From NCBI GenBank assembly GCA_038087875.1, contig JAXLNO010000627.1, forward strand, positions 496,001-560,000: a stretch of 64,000 nucleotides of DNA. The letters are read 5' to 3'. Under the pieces are notes generated by a model. That model saw nothing but the letters and a program-made list of their open reading frames with translations, had not been told where the DNA came from and ran no database searches. Within the stretch, counting starts at the first letter, position 1. The number at the start of each line of letters is the position of its first letter. The translations under genes were made by a program, and so were the position numbers. This DNA is from Malacoraja senta. Lineage: Eukaryota. Positions 51,141 through 63,279 of the stretch are shown here, one piece after another.

Positions 51141-53377
51141 TTAATGATGGTACTTTCTTTTAATTCTATCTTTTACATTGTTCTGTGTTGTGCTGAATGG
51201 TGCAATCTGGGTGGGCAAAATGGGAAGCGGGAGTGGGAAGGGGGGAGGGGGAAATGGGAGGAGGGAGAAGGGAGAGAGTGAAACATATTTACCAAAACGG
51301 TGCAATGAAATTCTTATTTGCAGCAGCATAACAGCTCTGTAAACGATAACATAAAAACAAATACATTTTCCGTTCAATAATAAAAAACAATATTAGTGAA
51401 AAACAAAGCAAGCCCAAATATAAAATGAGGGAGATTAACATAGTTGAGGGTCGGATTTTTTTTTTAATGGATGGTTGATGTGAAATCAAAGATCCTGTTT
51501 CCATGCTGTTTATCTCTGACTCTGACTCTTCCACATTGCAGGATGATGGTGTGCAGTATTAAACAAGGCAAGTTGTTGGGTCGAATGGCCTGTTCCTCTG
51601 CAGTAACTTCCATACAAAACACCCTTGTTTTTGCAGCCACTACAATACTAAAGGGTTAACTCTGCCCTGCTCTATCATACAGAGACTGAGAACAAGGGAT
51701 CAGGTAACCATTGATGAAAGGGCTCAGATATAAATTGAGCGAGAAGGAAACAAAGAATTTGTTGAAAGGAGATTGGCGGGGGGGGGGGGGGAGTGGGTAG
51801 AAGGAGGGAACGAACAGATGGAAGCAGAGTTTTCATAGCAATTAGAGTGGAAGGGTTTGTTAAAAACTTGTTTCTGTGTACAAAATTCAAACCTGCCATC
51901 ATGACATTTCCAACGGAAACACTCTTCAGATTAATTTGCCAACATTCCCACAATCCTGTTTGTAACATGAAACACACAGACTAAAAACAAAGTACTTTTC
52001 ATAGCAAGCACCGGTAACATTTTGTGAAAGGCCACAGATGCAAATTAAGCCACAGATGAAAACAGGACAAAGGGGGAGTTTATGGAGTGGGGGAAGAGGG
52101 AGGCAAAGAAAGTTTTCAAGGCAGTTTGAATTATTGGACTGAGTAGGAAGGAACTGCAGATGCTGGTTTAAACGGAAGGTAGACACAAAAAGCTGGAGTA
52201 ACTAAGCGGGACAGGCAGCATCTCTAGCGAGAAGGAATGGGTGACGTTTCGTGGTATTGTATGGATGTGTCCAGTGGATGTTCTTCAACATGCTCTGCCC
52301 ATTAAAGATCCAGTAGGCAGAGCCCTCTGTCCAATGATGCTTCTCAGTATTGTTGTGTTTGTTTTAGGAAGCTCGCTGACTGAGAACAATGGACTCTCCA
52401 TGTCTGAGGCAGAGAAAACGGCTGGTGAAAAGTCACAGGAATATTCAGCAACGGATGGAAGCAAGGCTGAGGTGAGAGAGGGTGCTCGGACTGAGAGAGT
52501 CATAGAGTCATACAGTGTGGAAACAGGCCTTTCAGCACATCTTGCCCAAGCTGACCAACATGCCCCATCTTCACGTCCCATCTGCCTGCATTTAGCCCTT
52601 ATTCCTCTAAACATATCCTATCCATGTACTTGTAGTGATAGTAGCTGTCTCAATTACCTCCTCTGGCAGCTCATTCCATACACCTACCACCCTTTGCGTT
52701 TAAAAAAAAGTTGTGCCTCGGGTTCCTATTCAATCTTTCCCCCCCTCACCTTCAACCTATGGCCTCTGGTTTTGACTCCCCTACTCTGGGTAAAAGCCTG
52801 TGCATTTATAGTATCTATTCCTCTCACGATATTATATACCTCTATAAGATCACCCCTCATCTTCCTACACTCCAAGGAATAAAGTCCTGGCCTGCTCAAC
52901 CAATGAGTGAATTTCCTGTGTCCTTTTCTGCTGTTCCACCCCTGCAATGTTTATCATTGAATTTGAATCCTCCATCAATGACTGCCAAGATCACTCAGTG
53001 TCTTCTCACAGGAACATAGCAAAACAGGAACAAAAGTAGATTGCCTGCCCTGTGTCAATGCAATCATATCTGATCTGCCCCAGGCTTCAACTGATAGAGT
53101 CAAAGGAGTCATACAGCACAGATATTGGCCATTCAGTTCACCTTGCCCGCGCTGATCATTAAGAATCCATTTATATCACTCCCATATATCAACATATGAT
53201 CTGTCACGTTCTAGGCCTTGGTGATTCAAGTGCTCATCAAGATTCTTCTGAAATGTTGTGATAGCCTCTGCTGTCACCATCCTCTCAGGCAGTGCATTCC
53301 CTATTTCAACCATCCTCTGGGTGATAAACCCTGTTAAAGACCTGCTCCTTAACTTAACCCTGTGCCCTCTGCTTATT

Positions 53378-53885
53378 ATGGTTAGAAACAAGGAACTGCA
53401 GATGCTGGTTTACATAATAAAGACAAAATACTGGAGCAAATCAGCGGGTCAGGCAGCATCTGTGGAGTACATGGAGAGGTGACATTTTGGGTTGGGAACC
53501 TTCTTCAGATTGATTGTGGTGGGGAGGGCTGAGGGTGGAAGAAAGGTGGAAGAAATGAGGGGCAGGACAAAGCCTGGCAAGTAATAGGTGAATACAGGTG
53601 AGGGGGGGTTTTGATAGGTAGATGGTCAGACAACGGCCAAAGATGAAAAGATAGATGTCAGACAAAAGGGTTAAATAGTTGCAAATTGTGAAGCTAGAAG
53701 AAGGAATGTAGGTGGAAGGAGAGGGGGAGGAAACAAATAGGTGCGAGTCCAGGAGGGGCACATGGGGGTGAGAGGGGCGGTCATCGTTATCTAAAATTAG
53801 AATATTCAATGTTCATACCGTTGGGTACCCAAGCTATATGCCGTGCTGTTCCTCCAGTTGCATTTGGCCTCACTCTGGCAAGGTG
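53378..53885 (-). mobile_element. Penelope 3' fragment with pLTR
   Basis: C-terminal EEQH..LG..PNGMNI remnant and a degenerate hammerhead motif at 53478-53512. Confidence 0.75.
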
Positions 53886-54351
53886 GGGTTGAATGAGAAA
53901 GGGTGAAGGAGGGAGAGAAAGACAGACGGATAGAGATCTACTCAGAGAGCACATACGTCACAAGACCATTTAGAGTCAAACATCAAGCACCCTGTTACAC
54001 AAACCCTATACTAACCCATTCTCTCCACATTTGCATCAGCAGTTCCCACTCATCTTCATGTGGAGGTAATGTACTGAAGGCAATGGCCCTATTAACCCAC
54101 ATGTCTTAGTCACAATGACTGCCCTGAAACAGGCCCTTTTACCCATGCTGACCAAGATGCCAATTTAACCATGTGCTGCTGTAAAACGGACCCCGCACAT
54201 ACCAAGACAAGTATTCTTTTTGTTCTCTCTCTTGCCAATAAATCTGATGTGTTCATGTACCAGAGGGGTTCACCGACGGGCTGAGTCATGATCAGTGCCG
54301 TGGACGGAGACAGAGAGAGAGGTGTGCTGCTGTAAAACTGGAACCCGCATC

Positions 54352-54720
54352 TACCGAGACCACACCTGGAGTATTGTGTGCAGTTTTGGTCTCCAAATTT
54401 GAGGAAGAACATTCTTGCTATTGAGGGAGTGCAGCGTAGGTTCACAACGTTAATTCCCGGGATGGCGGGACTGTCATATGCTGAGAGAATGGAGTGGCTG
54501 CGCTTGTATACTCTGGAGTTTAGATGGATGAAAGGGGATCTTATTGAAACATATAAGATTATTAAGGGTTTGGACACTCTAGAGGCAGGAAACATGTTCC
54601 CAATGTTGGGGGAATCCAGAACCAGGGGCCACAGTTTAATAATAAGGGGTAAGCCATTAGAATGGAGGTGAGTAAACACATTTTCACACTGAGAGTAGTA
54701 AGTCTGTGGAATTCTCTGCC
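54352..54720 (+). mobile_element. CR1 RT fragment
   Basis: [35 protein letters not shown]. Confidence 0.88.
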
Positions 54721-56545
54721 CTTCTTCAGAATGGTTAGGGATAAGGCAAACAAGAGATACAGACGGTGATGTGGAGAGACAAAGACCAATGAATGAAAGA
54801 TATGCAAAACCGTAACAATGATGAAGGAAACAGGTCATTGTTAGCTGTTTGTAGGGTGAAAACGAGAAGCTAGTGCGACTTGGGTGGGGGAGGGATAGAG
54901 AGAGAGAGGGAATGCTGGTGCAACCTGATATGAGATAAATCAAAATTCATACCACTAGGCTGTAAGCTGCCCAAGCGAAATATGAGATGCTGTTCCTCCA
55001 ATTTACATTTAGCCTCACTCTGACAATGGAGGAGACCTAGGACAGGAAGGTCTGTTTAGGAATGGTAAGGAGAATTAAAGTGTCCAGCAACCGGGAGATC
55101 AGATTGGTTCAGGCGGGCTGAGCGAAGGTGTTCCGCGAAATGATCGCCCAGTCTGCGGCGTTTGGTCTCGCCGCCGTATAAGAGACCACATCTTGAATAA
55201 AGGATACAATAGATGTGGTTGGATGAGGTGCAAGTGAACCTCTGTCTAACCTGAAAGGACTGTCGGGGGCCCTAGATAGAGTCGAGGGAGGAGGTATCGG
55301 GACAGGTGTTGCATCTTTTGCAGTTGCAGGAGAAGGTACCTGGGGAGGGGGTAGTTTGGGTGAGAAGGGATGAGTTAACCAGGGAGTTGCGGTGGGAACG
55401 GTCTCTGTGGAAGACGGAAAGGGGTAGAGTAGAAAAAATGTGGCTAGTGGTGGGATCCCGTTGGAGGTGGTGGAAATTTTGGAGGATTATCTTTTGTATG
55501 CGATGGCTGATGGGGTGGGAGGTAAGGACTAGAGGGACCCTGTCTCTGTTGTGAATAGGGGAGGGGGAGCGAGGGCGGAGCCATGGGCTACCGAGGAGAC
55601 ATGAGTAACTGCAACTGCAACTGCAACTTTATTTATATAGCACATTTCATACACGAGGCAGACTCAAAGTGCTTCACATAAAAACATGTCATACAATAAA
55701 ATGAAATAATAAAATGAAATAAAATAGAAGAATTAAAAGAAAATAAAAGCAAAGTTAAAAATGCATTATAGAAAAGTGCAAAAGTTAAAAGTGCAATGTA
55801 GTTCAGATTTAGCTGAAAGCTAAAGTAAACATAAAAGTTTTCAGTCTTGTTTTAAAAGTGGTGAAAGTAGGGGCAAGTCTTAAATCTTCAGGAAGTTCAT
55901 TCCAGCTATTTGTTGCATAGTAACTATATCCTGCTTTCCCATGTTTTGTATTTACTCTGGGAATCACTAACAGATTGGTCTCAGAAGATCTTAGCGGTCT
56001 AGAAGACTTATATAGTGGAAGCATGTCAGTGATATACTTTGGCCCTAAACCATGTATTGATTTATAGGTGAGCAGCAGGATTTTGAAATCAATTCTCTGA
56101 CATACAGGGAGCCAATGTAAGGATTTAAGAATTGGTGTAATGTGTTCAAATTTTTTGGTCTTTGTTAGAACTCTAGCAACAGCGTTCTGAACAAGCTGAG
56201 TAAGGGCCGCATCTATGATGGGAGAGGGGATCCCCTGTTCCCTAAAGAATGAGCACATCTCGGATGTCCTAGTATGGAACACCTCATCTTCGCCCCAGAC
56301 GCGGCGTAGACGGGGGAATTGGGAGTAGGGGATAGAATCTTTGCTGGAAGCAGGGTGGGAAGAAGTGTAGTCGAGATAGTTGTGGGAGTCAGTGGGTTTG
56401 TACTAGACATCAGGCAATAGTCTATTTCCTGTGATGGAGACTGATATCAAGAAAGGGGAGGGAGGTGTCCAAGTAAATTTGAGTGCAGGATGAAAATTGG
56501 TGGTGAAGTTAATGAAGTCAATGAGTTCTGCATGGGTCAGGGCCA
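54721..56545 (-). mobile_element. Penelope-like element split by an L2 insertion
   Basis: FINFTTNFHPALKFTW and SIPYSQF.RLRRV; GIY-YIG remnant near 55160-55240. Homologous to 15896-17465. Confidence 0.85.
55609..56196 (-). mobile_element. L2 3' fragment with (GTTGCA)n tail
   Basis: QLVQNAVARVLT..HITPILKSLHWLPV. Flanked by TGAGTAA at 55602-55608 and 56197-56203. Confidence 0.9.
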
Positions 56546-56789
56546 ACATGTTCCTGTGAGAGCAAAGGATAAGGCTTCTAGGGTTAGGAACCCCAACACA
56601 AGGATATTGAGGCACGGTGAAAGAAAACAAAAGAGGCATCTGTCACGTATGGACAGCTGGGATCAAACAAGAGTGCGTTCTCGACCCGAAACGTCACCTA
56701 TTCCTTCGCTCCATAGATGCTGCCTCACCCGCTGAGTTTCTCCAGCATTTTTGTGTACTTTAGATTTTTCCAGCAATTTCTTAAACATT

Positions 56790-58670
56790 CCAGTTTAACA
56801 ACATCCTTCCTATATGCAGGGCAACTAATGTTTCAAATACGTCCTCATCAATGTCTTGTACAACTGTAACATAACATCCTAACTTCTATACACAATACCT
56901 GGACTGATGAAGGCAAATCTGCCAAAAGATTTTTTGAACATTCTGTCTACCTGTGACACCACTTCCATGGAACCTCGCGGGGGCAAATATATAATTTCTT
57001 GAATATGTCAATATGGGGAGACAAAGTGGTGAAGAAGGGATATGGCATGCTTGCGTTCTTCGGACAGGGCATTGAGTACAAGAGTTGGGACATCATGTGA
57101 CACTGGATAGAACATTGGTGAGACTACACCTGGAGTATTGTGTGCAGTTCTGTTCACCATGCTAAAGAAATGATGTGATTAAGCTAGAGAGGCTGCAGAA
57201 GAGTTTCACAAGCATGTTGCTGGGACAGGAGGGCTCAAGATATAAGGAGAGCCTGGATAGGTTGGGAATATTTTTCTCAGAAGTTGAAGGGTGACCTCAC
57301 AGCGGTTTATTAAATCATGAGGAGCATAGATAAGATTGGGGAAGATTAATTTTATTAGGGCAGAGTCTAAAGCTGGGCGTAGGGAAGAAGGGCTCCGACC
57401 CGAAACGTCACCCAATCTTTTTCTCCAGTGATGCTGCCTGACTTGCTGAGTTACTCCAGCACTTTGGTCTATCTTTGGTATAAACCACCATTTGCAGTTC
57501 CGTGTTTCTAGGTTTAATGTGTGCCTGGATTTGGGGATATTAGGTACAAGGAGAGGGTAGCTGATATGTGTTTAAAGTTATGAGAGACATAGATAGAGTA
57601 GTCAGTCGGACCTTTTTTCCCCAATGTGGAAATGTCAAACACTGGACGGAATTGCTTTATGGTGAGTGAGGCAAAGTTTAAAGCAGATGTGTGGGCCTAG
57701 TTTTTTTTACACAGAGAGTGATAGATGCCTGGAACGAGCAACCATGGTTGGTGGAGGAAGCAGATACAATAGCGGGATCAGAGAAGCTTTTACATAGGCA
57801 CATGGATATGCAAGGAATGGAGGGATATAGACCATGTGTAGTCATGCATCAGGGAGACAGGGCCTTCGGCCCAACTCATTTTTGTTGAGCAAGATCTAAG
57901 GTATCCATTTGCCCGTATCCCTTTAAATCTTTCCTATCCAGGTACCTGTCCAAGTGTTTTTTAAATGCTGTTATAGTATCTGCCTCTACTACCTCCTCTG
58001 GCAGCTCGTTCCATATACCCACCATCCTCTGAGTGAAAAGGTTGCCCCCCAGGTGACTATTAATACTTTCCTCTCTCACCTTAAACTATATCCTCTGGTT
58101 CTTGATACCCCAACACTGGGGAAAATAACCAGCACATTTACCCTGATTATTTCCCTCATGGTTTTTTACAGGGATCATGATTTAATAAACCGCTGTGTAG
58201 GGAGAACAGATTATTTTTTATCTTGGAACGTTCAGCAGACATTGTGGACCAAAGGGTCTCTTCCTGTGCTCTATTGTTCTCTGCTCTAATGTGAGCAGGG
58301 CAAGATTTAAATGGGACCTGAGAGACAGCATTTTCACACAGAGGGTGATGGATGTATGGAACCAACTGCCAGAGGAAGTGGTAGAGGCGGGTACAATTAA
58401 GTCATTAAGATAGGCACAAAAAGCTGGAGTAACTCAGTTGGGCAGGCAGCATCTCTGGAGAGAAGGGATGGGTGACGTTTCAGGTTGAGACATTCCCATT
58501 CCTTCTCTCCAGAGATGTTGCCTGTCCTGCTGAGTTACTCCAGCTTTTCGTGTCTTATCTTTCGTTTAAACCAGCACCTGCAGTTCCTTCCTACACATTA
58601 TGGCATTAAGTTCGGACATGTTCATGGATGGGAAAGGTTTGGAGGGACAAGGGACAGGTACAGGCAAATG
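56790..58670. mobile_element. Mosaic of old CR1 fragments on both strands with Penelope pLTR insertions
   Basis: FFTQRVIDAWNE and LFTQRMVGIWNELPEEVVEA; pLTR pieces at 57380-57510 and 58407-58598. Confidence 0.7.
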
Positions 58671-59499
58671 GGAGTTGAGCCAAACAGCCTGTTTGCATGC
58701 AGTAGTTGTGCTTCAGCTGCCAATGGCCCGTTTACTGTCTGCCTGCTATGATTCCAGAGCACAGACACCAGTGTCCAATGTGACATGTTTGAGTACAACA
58801 GGAATGATTCCACTAATTTCCCTTTCCAGCCCTCACTGTTCACTGTAGATCCACCACATAACTCAATGCTGCCACGTGGGATGATGCTGGTGGGGGTTAA
58901 GGTCTGTTGGGTCAAGTGGCCTGTTTTTCTGCAGTAACTTTTAACTATTTGATTCTCGCTCAAGCAGCCATTACAGGAGCATTGCATGGGTTAATTATGC
59001 CTTGTTTTTGAACAGACTGAGAACAAAGGACTGTCCACATCAAGGAAACTGGTAACATGTGGCAAAAGGTGTGATGCAAATTGAGCAACAGATGCAAACT
59101 GGGGAACAAGGGAGGGTTTGATGAATGGGTAGGAGTTGGTGGGGGAGAGAGAGAGAGCAACAGAGAGAGTTTCCATGACAGTTTGAGTCTTACGCTGAAT
59201 GTCCTGTTTCTGTGCGGTTACTTCAAACTAATTCCTTATTGCTTCTGTGGCCATTATAGATCTAATGAAAACACTGCATTGGTCAATTCTGCCCTCCCCA
59301 AACATCATGTTTGTAACAAAAAGCTCACGGGGTACCTGTCATCTCAAGATGCAGGTAACATTTGATCAAATCTGACGTATGGGAAGTGAACCATAGATGA
59401 ACACCCAGAAAATTACAGGGATTGGTGGAATGGAGGGACACGGAGTGTGTGAGAGAAAGAAAAAGGCAATGGAAATGTGTGATCAAGAGAGAGAGAGAG

Positions 59500-59826
59500 A
59501 GAGATGTTCAGTCACACAGCACAGGAACAAGCCCTTTGTCCCACTGAGCCTGCACTGTCCATCAAACACCCATTTATACTGATCCTGTACTAACCCCTGT
59601 TTGTTCTCCCCACATTTCTATCAGCTGTCCTCCAGATTCTAGCTCCCACCTACAAATTTGGGATATTTTCAAACTACCATCCGCACGTCTTTGGGATGTG
59701 GGAGGAAACACAAGCATCTGGGGGAATCCTACATGCCACAGGACGACATGCAAACTCCACACAGATGGCCCTAGAATTGAATCCAGCTGACTGGAGTATG
59801 AGGTAGCAGCACTTCCTCCTGTGGCA
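59500..59826 (-). mobile_element. Old V-SINE-like element
   Basis: Minus strand carries GTGTGGAGTTTGCATG and TTTCCTCCCACATCCCAAAGAC core motifs. Confidence 0.65.
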
Positions 59827-59879
59827 GTGACAGATGCAGAGAGAGTGTCCACAACAGTTTGATGGAACAGACTAATGCT

Positions 59880-60950
59880 GTCCATCAATGCAAGACTTGG
59901 GGTTGTCGTAGTAGGAGATTTTAACTTTCCCAATAAAGACCTGCATTATCATAGTGCCAAAAGCTTAGATGGGTTGAAATTTGTCAAATGAGTTCAGGAA
60001 AGGTTTCTCAGGCAATATGTAGAGGGCTCTACAAGTGAGAGGGCAAAGCTTGATCTACTCTTAGGAAAATGGGAAGGGCAAGCAACTGACGTGTCAGTAG
60101 GCAAATGTTATGGGACCAGCAACCACTGTTCCATTAGCTTAAAAATAGTTATGGATAAGGATAAGGCGGGCCCACAAGTTAGTCCTGAATTGGGGAAAGG
60201 CCAACTTTGATGGTATTAGACGGGAATTTGCAAAGGTTGATTTGAGTAGGTTGTTTTGGGGCAAGGGGATGTGTGGAAAGTGACAGCGAGGGCTCAGGGC
60301 ATGCATGTTCCTGTTAGAGTGAAGGGTAAGGCAGGTGGGAGTAAGGAAGCTTGGATGACAAGCGGAATTGAGGCTCTGGTTAGGAAAAATGAGGCCACAT
60401 GGACGATGTCAAAGTAGCTGAGATTGTCTGTTCCTGGATGAATTTTGGGGAATGAGGAGGAAAATCAGGAGGCCAAAACGGGACAGGAGATAGTTTTGGC
60501 TGATAAAATCAAGAAAAATCCTGAGATTTTATTTAAATACATTAATGGAAACAGAATAACTACAAAAAATAAGGCCTCTCAGAACCCAAAATGGTCATCC
60601 TTGTGTGGAGTAGCAGGAAATGGACATGGATGGACAGGTTTGGACTTTATTCCTCGGAGCGCAGGAGGCTGAGGGATGATCTTAGAGAGATGCATAATAC
60701 AGAGAGGGAAATAGATAGGGTGGATGCACAGTCTTTTACCTGTAACTGTTTCACTCTGAGGGTAGCGGTTACATGGAATGAGATGCCAGAGGATGTTGTT
60801 GAGGCAGGTACTATAACAGCATTAAAAGGATATTTGCACAGATACATGGGTAGTAAAGGCTAAGAGTGATATGGGCCAAAGCAGGGCAAATAGGACTAGC
60901 TGAGATGGGGCATCTTGGTCAGTGTGGATGAGTCGGGCCAAAGACCATGT
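59880..60950 (+). mobile_element. Old CR1 with internal deletions
   Basis: VVVVGDFNFP, LADKIKKNP..FKYI, GLYSSERRRLRDDL and WNEMPEDVVEAG. Confidence 0.75.
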
Positions 60951-61519
60951 TTTAATTCTTGCTTGCATACCCAAGGTATGCAAGCAAAGAATTTCACTGT
61001 GACTTGTCACATGTGATAATAAAGTATTCTCCCGATCTCCCCTTTTTCTCCTCTTCCTCTTCTCTTTGTGCAAATGCTCAGTGTTTACTCTCTCACTATT
61101 GTCTTCAATTTATGTGCGCTGAGGTACAGTAAAATTATCGAATGCAGAGAGAGAGAGACAGAGAGACAGACAATGGTTGGAGAAGCTCTTCCACACAACT
61201 CGTCCATGCTGACCAAGTTGCCTCCTCTTAGCTAGTCCCATTTTCCGGCATTTCATCCACACCTCTCTAAGCCTTACCTTTCCATGCACCTATCCAAATG
61301 TCTTTTAAACACTGTTATACTACCTGCCTCAATTACTTTCTTTGGCAGCTCGTTCCACATACATACCACCCTCTGGGTGAAAAAAACTGCCTTTCAGGTC
61401 CCTATTAAAACTTTCTCCTCTCACCTTAAACCTATGCCCTCTATTTCTTGATTCTTCAGCCCTGTGTGCCTATCTATCCTACTCATGATTTTATACACCT
61501 CTGCAAGATTTTGGAAAAG

Positions 61520-62346
61520 TGGCAAAGATAGAGAAAGTATGCTCACCTTCATTGGTCGGGGGATGGAGTATGAGTCAGGAAGTCATGAAGCAACTCTATA
61601 AGACTTTGGTTCGGCCACATTTGGAGTAATGCAGTTCTGGTTGCTCCTTTACAGAAGGATGTGGAGGGTTTGGAGAGGGTATAAAAGTGGGTACGGAATG
61701 CTGTCTGCATTAGAGGGTTTCACCTGCAAGGAGAGCTTGGACAAACTTGGTATGTGTTGGAAGAAACTGCAGATGCTGATTTACACCGAAGATAGACACA
61801 ACATGCTGGAGTAACTCAGAGGGACAGGCAGCATCTCTGGATAGAAGGAATAGGTGACGTTTCGGGTCAAGACCCTTCTTCAGTCTCGACCCCAAATTTC
61901 ACCCATTCCTTCTATCCAGAGATGCTGCCTGTCCCGCTGAGTTACTCTAGAATTTTGTGTCTATATTTGGACAAACTTGGATTGTTTTCTTTCGAACAGA
62001 TAAAAATAATTATGAGATGCGCAGATAGGGTAGACAGTCAGAAAATTTTCCCCAGGGTGGAAATAGACTAGTGGACATTGCTTTAAAGTGAGAGGGGTAA
62101 AGCTTAAGGAGATGTACAGGGCAAGACTTTTTACACAGAGGGGGGTGGGTGCCTGGAACACGCTGCTGGAGGTTGTGCTGGAAATAGTGTCATTTAAGAG
62201 GCTTTTAGATGGGCACATGAGTATTGAGAGAATGGAAGGAGATAGTTCATATGCAGGCAGAGGAGGTTAATTTACCTTGGCATCATGTTTGGCTTTTAAA
62301 AATTGTGGGCCACGGCGTCTGTTCCTATGCTGTACTTTTCTATGTT
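61520..62346 (+). mobile_element. Old CR1 3' fragment interrupted by a Penelope fold-back insert
   Basis: LYKTLVRPHLE..QFW and FTQRGVGAWN; CR1 tail ..TTTCTATGTTC. Confidence 0.75.
61751..61966. mobile_element. Penelope pLTR-derived fold-back insertion with hammerhead core and 14-bp TSD
   Basis: Inverted arms ~61790-61873 and ~61883-61963. TTGGACAAACTTGG at 61737-61750 and 61967-61980. CTGAAGA..GAAACGTC on the minus strand at 61853-61885. Confidence 0.8.
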
Positions 62347-62955
62347 CCATGATCAACCCTCATCCTTGTACAATCTTCCAAGGAACAAAGTCCCAGCAGC
62401 CCGACCTCTCCCTATGACTCAGTCCCTCGAGTCCTGGCAACATTCTTGTAAATCTTTTCTGCACTCTTTCCGGCGTAATTACATCTTTGGTGTCGCTCTA
62501 ATATTTAGGTTCAGATTTTTGGAGTGGGAATTGAACCCACAAGCCTGCAGCTTGAATGTAATGGCACCTGCACTCTGCCTGAGCAGATCAGATAAATAGC
62601 CCGGCATGGACCAGAGCTCTCTCCAACCTCTTTGGCATTGAAATTGTGGGCCGAGGCGGCTGTTCCTGTGCTGTACTTTTCTATGTTCCATGATCAACCC
62701 TCAATGTTGTACAATCTTCAAAGGAACAAAGTCCCAGCCTTCCTAACCTCTCCCTGTAACTGTCCCTCGAGTTCTGGCAACATCCTCGTAAATCTTTTCT
62801 GCACTTTTTCCAGCTTAATTCCATCTTTTGTGTCATCCAAAGTGTTGGCCTCAGATTTATAGAGTGGGAATTGAATCCACAAGCCTTCAGCTCGGAGATA
62901 ATGGCACCAGCACTCTGCCTGAGCAGAGCAGATAAATGCCCCAGCGTGGACCAGT
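62299..62955. repeat. Diverged tandem duplication, 341-bp period
   Basis: Units start AAATTGTGGGCC at 62300 and 62641. Each unit contains a CR1 tail, an inverted CR1 piece and a tRNA-SINE head (minus-strand B box GG[T/A]TTCAATTCC-like). Confidence 0.85.
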
Positions 62956-63279
62956 GGGGCTGAATGGTCTGTCTCTGTGAACTGATAAAACTCTCTGCGA
63001 TTTCCTTTCTATTCCAGTTCCCATATACATACAGTGTCACATACTGATCCAGTACTAACCTGGCAAGGATTTATGCAGTGGCTACTCTCTCTCCCTCGCC
63101 TATTGTCCATTGCATTTCCAATACAAAGCTCAGTGCTGAACGCAGAGCTACTGGTGAACTGACTAGTGTTTATACCCGTCGTCTCTTAACACCTATGTCC
63201 ATTTTTGTTCCAGTATACGTAGCCCTCTGTGTGATAATAATAGTCCAATGGAACATGGTTATCTAAGTTTACAACAAGA

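Noticed and set aside
55809..56282. 157-aa apparent novel protein
   Set aside because: It is an accidental in-frame Penelope/L2 junction at an insertion site.
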